Origin: an uncultured Rhodospirillaceae bacterium
GTDB lineage: Bacteria > Pseudomonadota > Alphaproteobacteria > Rhodospirillales > UBA2165
Assembly (NCBI GenBank): GCA_913020445.1
Contig: CAJWAR010000004.1
Location: forward strand, 21,608-85,607
Direction: 5' to 3'
Length of the DNA: 64,000 nucleotides
The position numbers and the translations under genes were made by a program. The notes beneath the pieces were generated by a model. It was not told the origin of the DNA. It did no database searches and was given only the letters and a program-made list of their open reading frames with translations. Of this stretch, positions 10,665 through 21,382 are shown one piece after another (within the stretch, counting starts at the first letter, position 1; each line of letters starts with the position of its first letter).

Positions 10665-12007
10665 CCGGCATTTGGACAGCGGCTCAATCCGACGAAAACC
10701 TTGGCCGGAAAGCCTATATAAATGTGCGCTTGCTTGATCCGGCGACGGGTCTGGATGTGGTTTGCGATGCCACCGGTGGGATGCTGACCGATGGAGAGGA
10801 GATCGTCGAATTTGGCGCTGGCATTTTTAAAAGTGGTATGCCCGACAGCGCCGAAATCATCGATTGCGGCAGTCATTGCCTGAGCCCCGGCCTCGTTGAT
10901 ATCCGGGTCCAGGTGAGAGAGCCGGGTTATGAGCACAAAGGCACCATCGAAAGCGCCGGCCGATCAGCCACTGCCGGCGGCGTGACGACGATGGTTTGCC
11001 TGCCCAACACCAATCCGGTGATCGCCGACATGTCGCAAGTCGAATTTGTCGCCCGCCGGGCACGTAAAATAGGCCTTGCTAAAATATACCCTTATGCGGC
11101 TCTCACTGAAGAGTTGGCGGGTGAAAAGCTAACCGAGATTGGTATCCTAGCCGAGGCCGGCGCAGTCGCCTTTACCGACGGTGATAAGGCAATTGCCAAC
11201 GCCCAGGTACTGAGGCGCGCGCTCAGCTACGCCCGCACATTTGATCTGCTGATTGTCCAACACCCCGAAGAACCTAGCCTGGTTTCGCCGGGCGGTATGA
11301 ATTCGGGTGAGACCGCAACCCGGCTGGGCTTGCCAGGCATCCCCCGGGAAGCAGAGATCATCATGGTCGAGCGCGATTTGCGGCTGGTGGAAATGACCGG
11401 CGGCAAACTTCATTTTGGCCATATCTCGACCGGCGAAGCGGTCAATGTTATCCGCCAAGCCAAAGCCCGCGGTCTCAATGTCACCTGCGATACGGCGCCA
11501 CCTTACTTTGCGTTAAACGATCAATCGGTTGGCGACTACCGGACGTTTGCCAAATTATCGCCGCCGCTGCGTTCCGAAGATGATCGGCTGGCGATTGTCG
11601 AAGGCCTAAAAGATGGCACCATCGACGCCATTGCCAGTGATCATGCGCCACAGGATGCCGACAGCAAGCGCCTGCCCTTTACGCAAGCCGAATCGGGTGG
11701 TGTTGGGTTAGAGACGCTGCTCGCGGTCAGTCTTGAGCTTTATCACAATAAAGCAATGTCATTGCTCGAGGTATTGGCAAAAATCACTTATGTGCCGGCC
11801 GAGCTACTGCAACTTCCGGCTGGGAAAATAGCAAAAGGAGCGGCCGCCGATCTGATGCTGTTTGATCCTGAGCGCGGCTGGCAAGTTAAAGACACCGATC
11901 TCACCAGTAAGGCCAAAAACACGCCGTTTGATCTGCGCCCCGTGCAGGGTGTCGTGCTCCGCACGATCATCGATGGCCGCACCGTCTATCGCCTGGAAGA
12001 TGAATAA
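10661..12007 (+). CDS. pyrC: Dihydroorotase-like protein, probably the non-catalytic PyrC' type
   Basis: Amidohydrolase fold (PNTNPV, ASDHAPQ). ATG 10661 overlaps the pyrB stop as ATGA. The position of the HxH metal ligands reads [10 protein letters not shown]. Confidence 0.8.
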   Translation: MTGIWTAAQSDENLGRKAYINVRLLDPATGLDVVCDATGGMLTDGEEIVEFGAGIFKSGMPDSAEIIDCGSHCLSPGLVDIRVQVREPGYEHKGTIESAGRSATAGGVTTMVCLPNTNPVIADMSQVEFVARRARKIGLAKIYPYAALTEELAGEKLTEIGILAEAGAVAFTDGDKAIANAQVLRRALSYARTFDLLIVQHPEEPSLVSPGGMNSGETATRLGLPGIPREAEIIMVERDLRLVEMTGGKLHFGHISTGEAVNVIRQAKARGLNVTCDTAPPYFALNDQSVGDYRTFAKLSPPLRSEDDRLAIVEGLKDGTIDAIASDHAPQDADSKRLPFTQAESGGVGLETLLAVSLELYHNKAMSLLEVLAKITYVPAELLQLPAGKIAKGAAADLMLFDPERGWQVKDTDLTSKAKNTPFDLRPVQGVVLRTIIDGRTVYRLEDE

Positions 12008-12024
12008 GGAAAAAGATAAAGTAA

Positions 12025-12657
12025 ATGCCTGAAAATGTAGGTGATCTCATCTCAATGGCACATCTAATCGTCGCGCTTTTCGGCTATCTGCTGGGTTCCA
12101 TTCCTTTCGGTTTGGTGCTGACCCGTTTAGCGGGCCTCGGTGATATAAGAGAGATCGGTTCCGGCAATGTCGGCGCCACCAATGTGCTCAGGACCGGCAA
12201 TAAGGCACTGGCACTTTTGACCTTATTATTAGATGCCGGCAAAGGCGGTATCGCCGCATTGATCGCTTATCATTTATATCCTGGTGGCCCAAACGGGCTT
12301 GATTTTGCCATTATTGCCGGATTAGCCGCCGTCATCGGGCACAATTTCCCAGTTTGGCTTAAATTTCGCGGCGGCAAAGGCGTTGCCACCACGCTCGGCA
12401 CTTTATTGGCGATTTCGTGGCAAGTTGGCCTCGCCGCCTGCGTTACTTGGGCAGCGATTGCGGCCCTTTTTCGCTATTCCTCGTTGGCCGCACTTGTGGC
12501 CTTGGCTGCCGCCCCGATTTATGCGGGGTTGATGGACTTAGAAAAAGTCGCAGTTTTAGCGGCTCTCCTCGCCGTCCTCGCTATTATCCGCCATCACGAG
12601 AACATCCGCCGCTTGCTTAAAGGCGAAGAAAGCAAGATTGGCAGAAAAAAAGAATAA
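12025..12657 (+). CDS. plsY: Glycerol-3-phosphate acyltransferase PlsY
   Basis: GYLLGSIPFG and GSGNVGATNVLRTG motifs. Confidence 0.9.
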   Translation: MPENVGDLISMAHLIVALFGYLLGSIPFGLVLTRLAGLGDIREIGSGNVGATNVLRTGNKALALLTLLLDAGKGGIAALIAYHLYPGGPNGLDFAIIAGLAAVIGHNFPVWLKFRGGKGVATTLGTLLAISWQVGLAACVTWAAIAALFRYSSLAALVALAAAPIYAGLMDLEKVAVLAALLAVLAIIRHHENIRRLLKGEESKIGRKKE

Positions 12658-12742
12658 AATTCAGGTTTTCCGTTAAAACCGCCTCTGTCCCCGCCATATC
12701 CCCTAAACAGCAATATGGGTATGCAAAGGGACACTTATTTAT

Positions 12743-13885
12743 ATGAGCGACGAAAACTTAAATAGTCGGGCACAAAATTTGTCTGGTACTGAAAGGCGGG
12801 ATTGGCTGCGCTTGATCAGAAGTGAACGGGTCGGACCGATCACATTTTACCAGCTGCTGGAACAGTTCGGCACCGCTGAGGCGGCGCTAAAAGCACTCCC
12901 TGAACTGGCAAAAAGCGGTGGCGCCAAGCGCATTCGGCTTTGTTCGCTAAGCGATGCAGAGGCCGAGATCGAGCAAACAACTGCAGCAGGTGCAGCGCTG
13001 GTTGCGCGCGGCGAAAGTGATTATCCGCCTCTACTCGCCCGCATCGAAGACGCACCGCCATTATTATTTGTCATCGGGCATTCACATTTATTACGCAAAA
13101 AAGCCATCGGTATCGTCGGCACCCGCAATGCCTCCCTTAACGGTCACCGGATTGCTACGTCTTTCGCTGGTACCTTTGGCGACGCTGGCTATCTCGTTTC
13201 ATCGGGCATGGCGCGTGGTATTGATAGCTCTGCTCATGAGGGCGCGCTTAACACCGGTACCGTCGCAGTACTCGCCGGCGGTGTCGACGTGGTCTACCCC
13301 AAGGAAAACCAAAAACTTTATGAGCGCATCGTTGAAACGGGCGTAGCCGTTTCCGAAATGCCGGTTGGCACGGTGCCGCAAGCCCGTCATTTCCCCCGCC
13401 GCAACCGTATTATTTCGGGCGCCGCCCGTGCCATCGTCGTCATTGAAGCAGCCAAAAGATCGGGCTCATTAATCACCGCCCGCATGGCGGTTGAACAGAA
13501 CCGCGAAGTCTTCGCGGTCCCGGGTTCGCCCCTGGACCCACGCGCTAAGGGAACAAATGAATTAATTCGCCAAGGAGCGCATTTAGCAGATTCTGCCGAA
13601 GAAATTATTCAAATTTTAAATGAGCAATTTATGAGCCCGCTGTCTGAGCCAAAACCCTTTGAAACTAAACAACAAAATAAACCCCAGCCGGACCCCGTTG
13701 AAATCAATTCCGCCCGCCGCGAAGTAAAAAATATTTTAAATACTTCACCAGTTAGTGTTGACGAAATCATTCGGCAGTGCCACATGTCCCCTGCAGTGGT
13801 GTCGACAATCCTGTTAGAAATCGAATTGGCAGGCCGATTAGAGCGACATCCCGGCAACCAGGTTTCAATTATAGGCGATCTATAA
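12743..13885 (+). CDS. dprA: DNA-processing protein DprA
   Basis: GIVGTRNAS and SGMARGIDSSAHEGAL motifs. Confidence 0.9.
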   Translation: MSDENLNSRAQNLSGTERRDWLRLIRSERVGPITFYQLLEQFGTAEAALKALPELAKSGGAKRIRLCSLSDAEAEIEQTTAAGAALVARGESDYPPLLARIEDAPPLLFVIGHSHLLRKKAIGIVGTRNASLNGHRIATSFAGTFGDAGYLVSSGMARGIDSSAHEGALNTGTVAVLAGGVDVVYPKENQKLYERIVETGVAVSEMPVGTVPQARHFPRRNRIISGAARAIVVIEAAKRSGSLITARMAVEQNREVFAVPGSPLDPRAKGTNELIRQGAHLADSAEEIIQILNEQFMSPLSEPKPFETKQQNKPQPDPVEINSARREVKNILNTSPVSVDEIIRQCHMSPAVVSTILLEIELAGRLERHPGNQVSIIGDL

Positions 13886-13893
13886 AAAGTAAA

Positions 13894-16590
13894 ATGTCGA
13901 ACGTTGTAATTGTCGAATCGCCCGCTAAGGCGAAAACAATCAACAAGTATCTAGGCTCGGACTATACGGTTCTGGCAAGCTACGGCCATATCCGAGATTT
14001 ACCGTCCAAGAACGGCTCAGTGCGCCCGGAAGCCAATTTCGAGATGGATTGGGAAGTCGACAGTAAATCCCAAAAACAGATTAGAGAAATTACCACCGCC
14101 ATGAAGGGCGCGGATCACTTGTATCTCGCGACTGACCCGGACCGGGAAGGTGAGGCTATTTCCTGGCACGTGCAGGAAGTCCTCAACGAGAAAAAATTGC
14201 TGGACGGTGTCGAAGTTCAACGGGTTGTTTTCAACGAAATTACCAAATCGGCCATCTTGGAGGCGTTTACTCATCCGCGCGAATTAGACAAAGAACTGGT
14301 CGACGCCTATTTGGCGCGACGCGCCTTGGATTATCTTGTTGGCTTTACGCTGTCGCCGGTATTGTGGCGCAAATTGCCCGGCAGCCGCTCAGCCGGGCGC
14401 GTGCAGTCGGTGGCACTTCGTCTGATCACCGAACGCGAAACTGAGATCGAGAAATTTGAACCGGTTGAGTATTGGAGCGTCAAAGCTCGATTTGCCAAAT
14501 CGGCTGGCCAGACATTTACGGCTAATTTGACCCATTTAAATGGTGAAAAACTGGATAAGCTGGCGCTCAAAAATGAACAGGACGCCCAAAATGCGGTGGC
14601 CCAAATCGAAGCGGCAAATTTCACCGTCTCCAAGGTTGAGAAAAAGCAATCACGCCGCAATCCGCCGCCACCGTTCACCACATCAACATTACAACAAGAG
14701 GCTGCCCGCAAGCTTCATTTTGGTGCGAAAAAAACCATGCAGACCGCGCAGCGCCTTTATGAAGGGGTCACGCTCAACGGTGAAACTGTCGGTCTTATTA
14801 CCTATATGCGAACCGACGGCGTGACGATGGCCAATGAAGCCATCTATGCGATTAGAAATCACGTTGGCACGGCTTATGGCAGCAATTATGTGCCCTCAAG
14901 CCCCCGCGTCTATAAAACCAAAGCGAAAAATGCCCAGGAAGCGCATGAGGCCATTCGCCCCACCGATATCACCCGTCTGCCTAAAGACCTGCCGATGCTC
15001 GATCAGGATCAACGCCGACTTTATGAACTAATTTGGAATCGGACCGCCGCCAGTCAGATGGAATCAGCTGTACTGGACCAAGTCGCGGCCGATCTCAGAC
15101 CTCAAGGCACGTCACCAGCCGACAATGACGTCGTTTTGCGCGCCACCGGCTCGGTCATCGCTTTTGACGGTTTCCTCCGCCTTTATCATGAAGACAAAGA
15201 CGACAAGCGTGATGGCACCCGTGATGATACGGATGATAAAGAACGCATCCTGCCGCCGCTCAATGAAGGGGAGGGCCTTGATCGCCAAACAACCTCGCCC
15301 GAGCAGCACTTTACTCAACCGCCACCACGATTCTCTGAAGCGAGCCTGGTTAAAAAACTGGAAGAGCTCGGCATTGGCCGTCCCTCTACCTATGCGTCGA
15401 TTATCTCGGTGCTTCAGGATCGCAATTATGTGCGGGTTGAAAACCGCCGGTTCTTCTCGGAAGATCGCGGCCGCTTGGTGACGGCTTTTCTGTCGAGCTT
15501 TTTCGGCCAATATGTTGAATACAGCTTCACTGCCGATCTCGAAGAAAAGCTTGATGAAATTTCTGATGGCAAACTCGATTGGAAAACTGTCCTGCAGGAT
15601 TTCTGGACCCATTTCAAAACCGCCGTTGACGGCACCGCTGATCTGCGCGTCCGTGAAGTGCTTGATAATCTGAATGAAATTTTGGGCCCGCATTTTTTCC
15701 ACGACAATGGTGACGGCAATCCCCGCCAGTGCCCGTCTTGCGCCGATGGTGAGTTAAGCCTCAAGCTCGGTCGCCACGGTGCTTTCATTGGCTGTTCAAA
15801 GTATCCTGACTGCCGCTATACCCGCCCACTTTCTAACGGTGACGGTGAAAATGGCTCAGACATTACCGATAGCGGACCTAAAGTACTTGGCATGCATCCT
15901 GAGGTGGGCTTTGAAATCACGCTCCGGCGCGGTCCCTACGGTTATTACGTTCAATTGGGCGAAGGCGAAGGCAAGAAAAAGCCGAAACGTTCTTCACTGA
16001 CCAAAGCAATGGACCCGGCGGAAGTCGATCTCGCGATGGCTTTGAAATTGCTGGAACTACCCCGTGAGGTTGGCATTTATCCTGAAACCGGCCAAATGAT
16101 CACCGCTGGTATTGGCCCGTTCGGACCGTTTATTAAATTGGCCGGCACCTATGTGTCGCTCAAAGAAGATGATGTGCTGACAATTGGCCTCAACCGGGCC
16201 TGTGACTTATTGGCCAATGCGCCAAAAAAACCGGAACCGCGGGAAGTCGGCATTCATCCCCGCACCAAAAAGCCGGTGATGATGCGCTGGGGCCGCTGGG
16301 GACCCTTTGTTCAGCATGGTAAGATTAAAGCCAACATGCCAAAAGACATGAAAGCACCGAAGGGCGAAGAAGACAGCCAAAAAACACCAAGCCTCGAAGA
16401 AGCGCTGACCTGGCTGGCCGCCAAAGGCGATAAGACCAAAGCTAAGAAAAAAGCGCCCGCCAAGAAGAAAAAAGCGGCGACTAAGAAAAAGGCTGCGGCA
16501 AAAAAGACAGCCCCGGCAAAAGAGACCGAGACTGAAACGCCTCAAGAAACAGACCCGCAAATAGATACCGAAGTAGACTCTGGCTCGTGA
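13894..16590 (+). CDS. topA: DNA topoisomerase I
   Basis: Toprim start MSNVVIVESPAKAKTI, zinc-ribbon cysteines (CPSCADGE, GCSKYPDC) and a Lys/Ala-rich C-terminal tail. I prefer ATG 13894; the track ORF start at 13777 overlaps dprA. Confidence 0.95.
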   Translation: MSNVVIVESPAKAKTINKYLGSDYTVLASYGHIRDLPSKNGSVRPEANFEMDWEVDSKSQKQIREITTAMKGADHLYLATDPDREGEAISWHVQEVLNEKKLLDGVEVQRVVFNEITKSAILEAFTHPRELDKELVDAYLARRALDYLVGFTLSPVLWRKLPGSRSAGRVQSVALRLITERETEIEKFEPVEYWSVKARFAKSAGQTFTANLTHLNGEKLDKLALKNEQDAQNAVAQIEAANFTVSKVEKKQSRRNPPPPFTTSTLQQEAARKLHFGAKKTMQTAQRLYEGVTLNGETVGLITYMRTDGVTMANEAIYAIRNHVGTAYGSNYVPSSPRVYKTKAKNAQEAHEAIRPTDITRLPKDLPMLDQDQRRLYELIWNRTAASQMESAVLDQVAADLRPQGTSPADNDVVLRATGSVIAFDGFLRLYHEDKDDKRDGTRDDTDDKERILPPLNEGEGLDRQTTSPEQHFTQPPPRFSEASLVKKLEELGIGRPSTYASIISVLQDRNYVRVENRRFFSEDRGRLVTAFLSSFFGQYVEYSFTADLEEKLDEISDGKLDWKTVLQDFWTHFKTAVDGTADLRVREVLDNLNEILGPHFFHDNGDGNPRQCPSCADGELSLKLGRHGAFIGCSKYPDCRYTRPLSNGDGENGSDITDSGPKVLGMHPEVGFEITLRRGPYGYYVQLGEGEGKKKPKRSSLTKAMDPAEVDLAMALKLLELPREVGIYPETGQMITAGIGPFGPFIKLAGTYVSLKEDDVLTIGLNRACDLLANAPKKPEPREVGIHPRTKKPVMMRWGRWGPFVQHGKIKANMPKDMKAPKGEEDSQKTPSLEEALTWLAAKGDKTKAKKKAPAKKKKAATKKKAAAKKTAPAKETETETPQETDPQIDTEVDSGS

Positions 16591-18842
16591 CGACCTCCGG
16601 AAAAAAACCGGCCCCTTTCCACAAAAATCAAATAGTCGATTTCATCGGCGGCCACCGCGAGGGCGTCGGTATCCGCAATATTATGATCGGTGTTGGCACC
16701 AAGGACCGGGCTGGCGTCAAACAGGCGGTTAAAGAGCTTGAACAGGCGGGCGAGATTGAACGCACGCGCGGCAAACAATATGTGCTATCCGGCCGCCTCC
16801 CCCGCGTCACCGTTATCGAAGTAACGGGCACGGACGAGTATGGCGACGTTGTTGCCACACCGCTCAATTGGGATCGCGACGATGAGCCGCCGACCATTTA
16901 CATAAATCCCGATAAGCGCGGCAAAAGCCGGCAAGCAGCTCTCGGCAAAGGTGACCGCGCACTCGCCCGGCTGACACCACTTGAAGACAATTCTTACAAT
17001 GCCTCAATTATCAAAAGGATCGGCTACGCTCCCAAATCAGTCCTCGGAATTTTCCGCGAAAGTCCCGAAGGTGGCGTATTGGAGCCGACCGACCGCAAAC
17101 ATCGCTTTGATTTCATCGTGCCGCCGGAAAACGTCAAAGGCGCAAAGCCGGGTGATCTGGTGGTCGCTGAAATTGAATCCGGCCGTAAGCTTGGCCAGGC
17201 AACGGCAAATATCACTGAAGTGCTCAATTTCGATCGTGCAACAACTGGCAAAGGAAATCAGCCCTATACCAAAATCGCCCTGCACGATCATGACATCCCC
17301 TATACTTTTACCGATCTCGCCATTGAACAAGCCGAGCAAGCCAAGGCGGCGCCAAAAGGAAAGCGCTCTGATCTGCGTCAAATCCCCCTCATTACCATCG
17401 ATGATGAAGACGCCCGGGATTTTGATGACGCCGTCTTTGCCGAGCCTGATACTGATAAAACCAACCCGGACGGCTGGCATCTTATTGTCGCCATTGCCGA
17501 TGTCGCCTGGTATGTACGGCCCGGTGACGAGTTGGATAAAACCGCACATGAGCGCGGCAATTCGGTTTATTTTCCGGATCAGGTCGTGCCCATGCTGCCG
17601 GAAGCTTTGTCGAACGGCTGGTGCTCTTTAAAACCCGAGGAAGACCGGCCCTGTCTCGCCGTCCATATGTGGCTCAATAAGAGCGGTCAGGCGCTACGGC
17701 ATCAATTTGTCCGAGGTTTGATGCACTCCCATGCCAGATTGACCTACAATCAGGTTCAAGCGGCGATAGATGGTAATCCTGACAAGATGACGGCGCCGCT
17801 GCTCGAAAACGTCCTGAAGCCGCTCTACGGTGCCTATGAGGCGCTCTGCCGGGAACGTCTCGACCGCGAACCGCTTGATCTGGATCTGCCGGAGAAGAAA
17901 ATCATGCTTGATGATCAAGGCAACGTCCAGGAAGTCCGCGCCCGGCTGCGTCATGACAGCCACAAATTGATCGAAGAGTTCATGATCGCTGCCAATGTTG
18001 CCGCAGCCACGACGCTTGAGGAGACCAAACAGCCGTGCCTCTACCGCATTCATGATGAGCCGCCGGCGAAAAACCTTGAGAGCTACCGGAACTTCCTAAA
18101 GTCTGTCGGTTTCAAGCTCGCCAAGGGTCAGGTTTTAATGCCGCGTCACTTCAATCAGATCCTCAAAAAAGCCAATGACGGCGACTTTTTTGACGCCATC
18201 AGCCAAATGACACTCAGATCACAATCGCAAGCCACCTACACCGGTAAGAATGTCGGCCATTTCGGCCTGGCGCTACGGCGTTATTGCCATTTCACTTCGC
18301 CGATCCGCCGCTACGCCGATTTGATCGTGCACCGGGCGCTGATTGCTGGCTTGGGGCTGGGTGACGGTGGCCTTGGCAAAGAGCCAATTGACACCGAAGA
18401 ATTGGGCGAACATCTGAGTGTTACCGAGCGCCGGGCAGCAGTTGCAGAGCGCGATGTTGTTGACCGGTTCTCGGCTGCTTATTTGGCCGGTAAAATCGGC
18501 GAAACATTTAGCGGCACGGTAAATGGCGTCACCAAATTTGGCCTTTTTGTTACTTTGGACGATACCGCCGCTGACGGCTTGGTGCCCATCCGATCGCTGT
18601 CAGATGACTACTATGAATTTGATGAAAAACGCATGGCGCTCAAAGCCTCACGCTCAAAACAGGTGTTTCACCTCGGTATGAAGGTTGAAGTTGTTTTGAA
18701 AGAAGCTAATCCTGTTTCCGGCTCTTTGGTCTTGGAAATAGCTGGCCTGGGCCAATCTAATGGCAAATCCCGCCCTAAAAAGGGCAAAAAGCACCGCCAA
18801 AATTCGCCCAAGAAACGAAAGAGCCGCACAAGAAAGAGATGA
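16587..18842 (+). CDS. rnr: Ribonuclease R (RNB family 3'-5' exoribonuclease)
   Basis: RNB domain, C-terminal S1 domain (GTVNGVTKFGLFVTL) and a basic tail. The GTG start overlaps the topA stop as GTGA. Confidence 0.85.
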   Translation: MTTSGKKPAPFHKNQIVDFIGGHREGVGIRNIMIGVGTKDRAGVKQAVKELEQAGEIERTRGKQYVLSGRLPRVTVIEVTGTDEYGDVVATPLNWDRDDEPPTIYINPDKRGKSRQAALGKGDRALARLTPLEDNSYNASIIKRIGYAPKSVLGIFRESPEGGVLEPTDRKHRFDFIVPPENVKGAKPGDLVVAEIESGRKLGQATANITEVLNFDRATTGKGNQPYTKIALHDHDIPYTFTDLAIEQAEQAKAAPKGKRSDLRQIPLITIDDEDARDFDDAVFAEPDTDKTNPDGWHLIVAIADVAWYVRPGDELDKTAHERGNSVYFPDQVVPMLPEALSNGWCSLKPEEDRPCLAVHMWLNKSGQALRHQFVRGLMHSHARLTYNQVQAAIDGNPDKMTAPLLENVLKPLYGAYEALCRERLDREPLDLDLPEKKIMLDDQGNVQEVRARLRHDSHKLIEEFMIAANVAAATTLEETKQPCLYRIHDEPPAKNLESYRNFLKSVGFKLAKGQVLMPRHFNQILKKANDGDFFDAISQMTLRSQSQATYTGKNVGHFGLALRRYCHFTSPIRRYADLIVHRALIAGLGLGDGGLGKEPIDTEELGEHLSVTERRAAVAERDVVDRFSAAYLAGKIGETFSGTVNGVTKFGLFVTLDDTAADGLVPIRSLSDDYYEFDEKRMALKASRSKQVFHLGMKVEVVLKEANPVSGSLVLEIAGLGQSNGKSRPKKGKKHRQNSPKKRKSRTRKR

Positions 18843-20488
18843 CGGCGTGGCAAAAATTGATGACAATGGCGCCAATGAAAAGATATGTGAGAAACGTATT
18901 TTCTAATTACCGAACCACCCAATGGGGTAATTTTTTGCCCACAATGTTGGTGGCCGCGTTTTTAGCTGCCTGCACGGCACCGATTTCAGAGCAAAGCCGC
19001 CGCTCCGACACGTTTAATGTGGCAGCTGCCACCCAGACTTTTGCCTCTGGCTTTCGCCATATTTCAGAACGCTACATTGAAGCAATTTCAGCATCTGAGC
19101 TGGCCCTTGGAGGATTGGAGGGATTAACGACGATTGATCCGTCACTTCGGATTCAAAACACCAACAACCAAATTTTAATCAGCTCGGAAATTTTGTCACC
19201 ACGCAGTTATGCAGCGCCGGCAAGAAATAATTTCGAAGCTTGGGCCAATCTGACAGTGCAAATCCTGCTCGATGCTCAAGATCAGGCGGCGCTCTATCAA
19301 AAGACGAATTTGGGGAAACTATACGAAGCCGTTTTTGATGGCTCCCTATCGCAGTTGGATGCTTTTTCACGTTATGCCAGCGTTGAGCAGGCAAAGCGAA
19401 ATCGGGAGAAGCGGTCTGGATTTGGCGGTATCGGCATTCGTTTTAGTAAGCTCGAAAATGGCGCCCTTGTCACTCAAGTTTTCCCAGGCTCACCTGCCAA
19501 CAAAGCCGGACTCAGAGCCCAAGACATCATTACCCATGCCGATGGTCGTTCGTTGGCTGAGCTGGAAAGGCAGGCTGCCGGGTCACTGTTACGTGGAAAA
19601 ATTGGCTCCATTGTCGAAGTTAAAGTTATTCGCCCACCGGCTCGCGTGCCATTTAATCTTTCGATTAAGCGTGATCGTATCGTTGAAATAACCGCTTCAC
19701 ATTCAGTAAAAGATGGCGTGGTAAATATTCGTGTAACCCGTTTTAACAATCGCACGGCACGGCATGTCGCGCAAAATCTCACTCAAGGACTTCAGGAAGT
19801 GCGGCGCCAAACGAAAAAAAAAGCCAAAGGCGTGATTCTCGATTTGCGCAGTAACCCGGGCGGCTTGCTTAAACAGGCCGTCAATGTTTCCGATCTTTTC
19901 CTGGTTGATGGGCGCATCATTTCGACCCGTGGCCGCCATCCCGCAAGTGATCACGATTATGATGCCAAGGGCACCGACATTGCACGCGGCTTGCCACTCG
20001 TGGTTCTTATTAACGGCCGCTCGGCAAGCGCCTCCGAAATTGTCGCGGCCGCCTTGCAAGACCATGATCGCGCAGTTGTTATTGGCTCAACTTCTTTTGG
20101 CAAGGGATCGGTTCAAACTGTTATTACCCTGCCCAATAAAGCCGAAATCACCTTAACCTGGTCGCGGTTTCAAGCACCGTCAGGTTATTTCCTGCACGGT
20201 CTTGGTGTGCCGCCTTCGATTTGCGCGTCACAGGGTGAAAATTCTGACGCTGCCCAGCTTATCGAGGCAGCTCTGGGGAACGCGGTCCGCCATTCTGAGA
20301 TCATCCAAGCATGGCATTCCGTTTCAACCAAACAGAAACAGGAACGCCGACGCCTGAAAGAAATTTGTCCGGCAACAAATCGGCTAAATCCCATAGACGT
20401 CCAAATTGCCGAGAAATTGCTCAAAGATGCGGCGCTATATCAGCGCGTTAAAGCGCTAAGCCCAGCCATGGCTTCGGCCGGCAAATAA
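18839..20488 (+). CDS. S41 family C-terminal processing peptidase, probable lipoprotein
   Basis: PDZ segment (VFPGSPANKAGLRAQDIIT). S41 motifs GVILDLRSNPGG and INGRSASASEIVAAALQD...GKGSVQ. Lipobox LAAC. The exact start is uncertain. Confidence 0.8.
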   Translation: MTAWQKLMTMAPMKRYVRNVFSNYRTTQWGNFLPTMLVAAFLAACTAPISEQSRRSDTFNVAAATQTFASGFRHISERYIEAISASELALGGLEGLTTIDPSLRIQNTNNQILISSEILSPRSYAAPARNNFEAWANLTVQILLDAQDQAALYQKTNLGKLYEAVFDGSLSQLDAFSRYASVEQAKRNREKRSGFGGIGIRFSKLENGALVTQVFPGSPANKAGLRAQDIITHADGRSLAELERQAAGSLLRGKIGSIVEVKVIRPPARVPFNLSIKRDRIVEITASHSVKDGVVNIRVTRFNNRTARHVAQNLTQGLQEVRRQTKKKAKGVILDLRSNPGGLLKQAVNVSDLFLVDGRIISTRGRHPASDHDYDAKGTDIARGLPLVVLINGRSASASEIVAAALQDHDRAVVIGSTSFGKGSVQTVITLPNKAEITLTWSRFQAPSGYFLHGLGVPPSICASQGENSDAAQLIEAALGNAVRHSEIIQAWHSVSTKQKQERRRLKEICPATNRLNPIDVQIAEKLLKDAALYQRVKALSPAMASAGK

Positions 20489-20526
20489 TCAGCATAATAA
20501 TCTTCGCCAACATCTTGACCAATAAC

Positions 20527-20554
20527 TTGACAGGGGCGTTGTGATCGCTATGGT
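20527..20554 (+). promoter_or_regulatory. Sigma-70-like promoter candidate for rpmG (TTGACA-N16-TATGGT)
   Basis: TTGACA at 20527-20532 and TATGGT at 20549-20554, about 45 nt upstream of the rpmG ATG. Confidence 0.35.
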
Positions 20555-20597
20555 GCGCCGCACTTCGATAATTTGAATAATAAACGGACGTTGAGAT

Positions 20598-20765
20598 ATG
20601 GCGAAGCCAGCGACAGTTTTAGTGAAACTTGTCAGCACTGCTGATACCGGTTTTTATTATGTGACCAAAAAGAACCCGCGCAACCAAACGGAAAAAATGG
20701 AATTCCGTAAATACGATCCGGTTGCCCGTAAGCATGTGCTATTCAAAGAGGGTAAGATTAAGTAA
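20598..20765 (+). CDS. rpmG: 50S ribosomal protein L33
   Basis: Below the ORF-track size cutoff; translated by hand as [55 protein letters not shown], a typical L33. Confidence 0.9.
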   Translation: MAKPATVLVKLVSTADTGFYYVTKKNPRNQTEKMEFRKYDPVARKHVLFKEGKIK

Positions 20766-20816
20766 ATCTATCCTTTCAAATACATCGCGCCGTGGCGAAT
20801 TTAGGCGCCAATAAAT

Positions 20817-20848
20817 AAGGACCGTTTTAGACGGTCCTTTTGTTTTTT
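20817..20848. terminator. Rho-independent terminator between convergent rpmG and divK
   Basis: 9-bp stem AAGGACCGT/ACGGTCCTT with a 5-nt loop, followed by TTTGTTTTTT. An A-rich flank on the other side allows bidirectional use. Confidence 0.75.
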
Positions 20849-20870
20849 GGGATGGGATTAATTTAGGCGG

Positions 20871-21245
20871 CTAGCCGAGAAAACCGGATACGGTTTCGAG
20901 GAAATTTGGCACTGAAATCGGCTTGGCGATATAGCCATCGCAGCCCCCTTCCATAATTTTCTCTTCATCGCCCTTCATCGCAAAAGCAGTAACGGCAATA
21001 ACCGGTATATCCTTAAGATCATCTTTCTCTTTGATCAGTTTGGTAATTTCCAAGCCGGATATTTTGGGCAATTGAATATCCATTAAAATTAAATCTGGAT
21101 GATGTTCTTCGGTCATCGAAACTGCTTCATTACCGTCTTTGGTTTGCAGCGTGTCATAGCCATGCGCCTGCAAAAGGTCATTAAACAGTTTCATGTTCAG
21201 TTCATTATCTTCAACGATTAAGATGGTCTTGGCCATGTTTGCCAT
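20871..21245 (-). CDS. divK: Single-domain response regulator DivK
   Basis: Near-colinear with Caulobacter DivK as I recall it ([43 protein letters not shown]). Confidence 0.85.
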   Translation of the reverse strand: MANMAKTILIVEDNELNMKLFNDLLQAHGYDTLQTKDGNEAVSMTEEHHPDLILMDIQLPKISGLEITKLIKEKDDLKDIPVIAVTAFAMKGDEEKIMEGGCDGYIAKPISVPNFLETVSGFLG

Positions 21246-21382
21246 TACTCCAAATAAACAAAATTATTGCCACCAATTATAACCGATAAAACCGGTATGT
21301 TTATCATTTTGTGTTTATTTTCAAATATTCAAGCAAAGAAAGGGGAAATCGCGATATTGTTACATTTCTTTTCATTGGCTGA

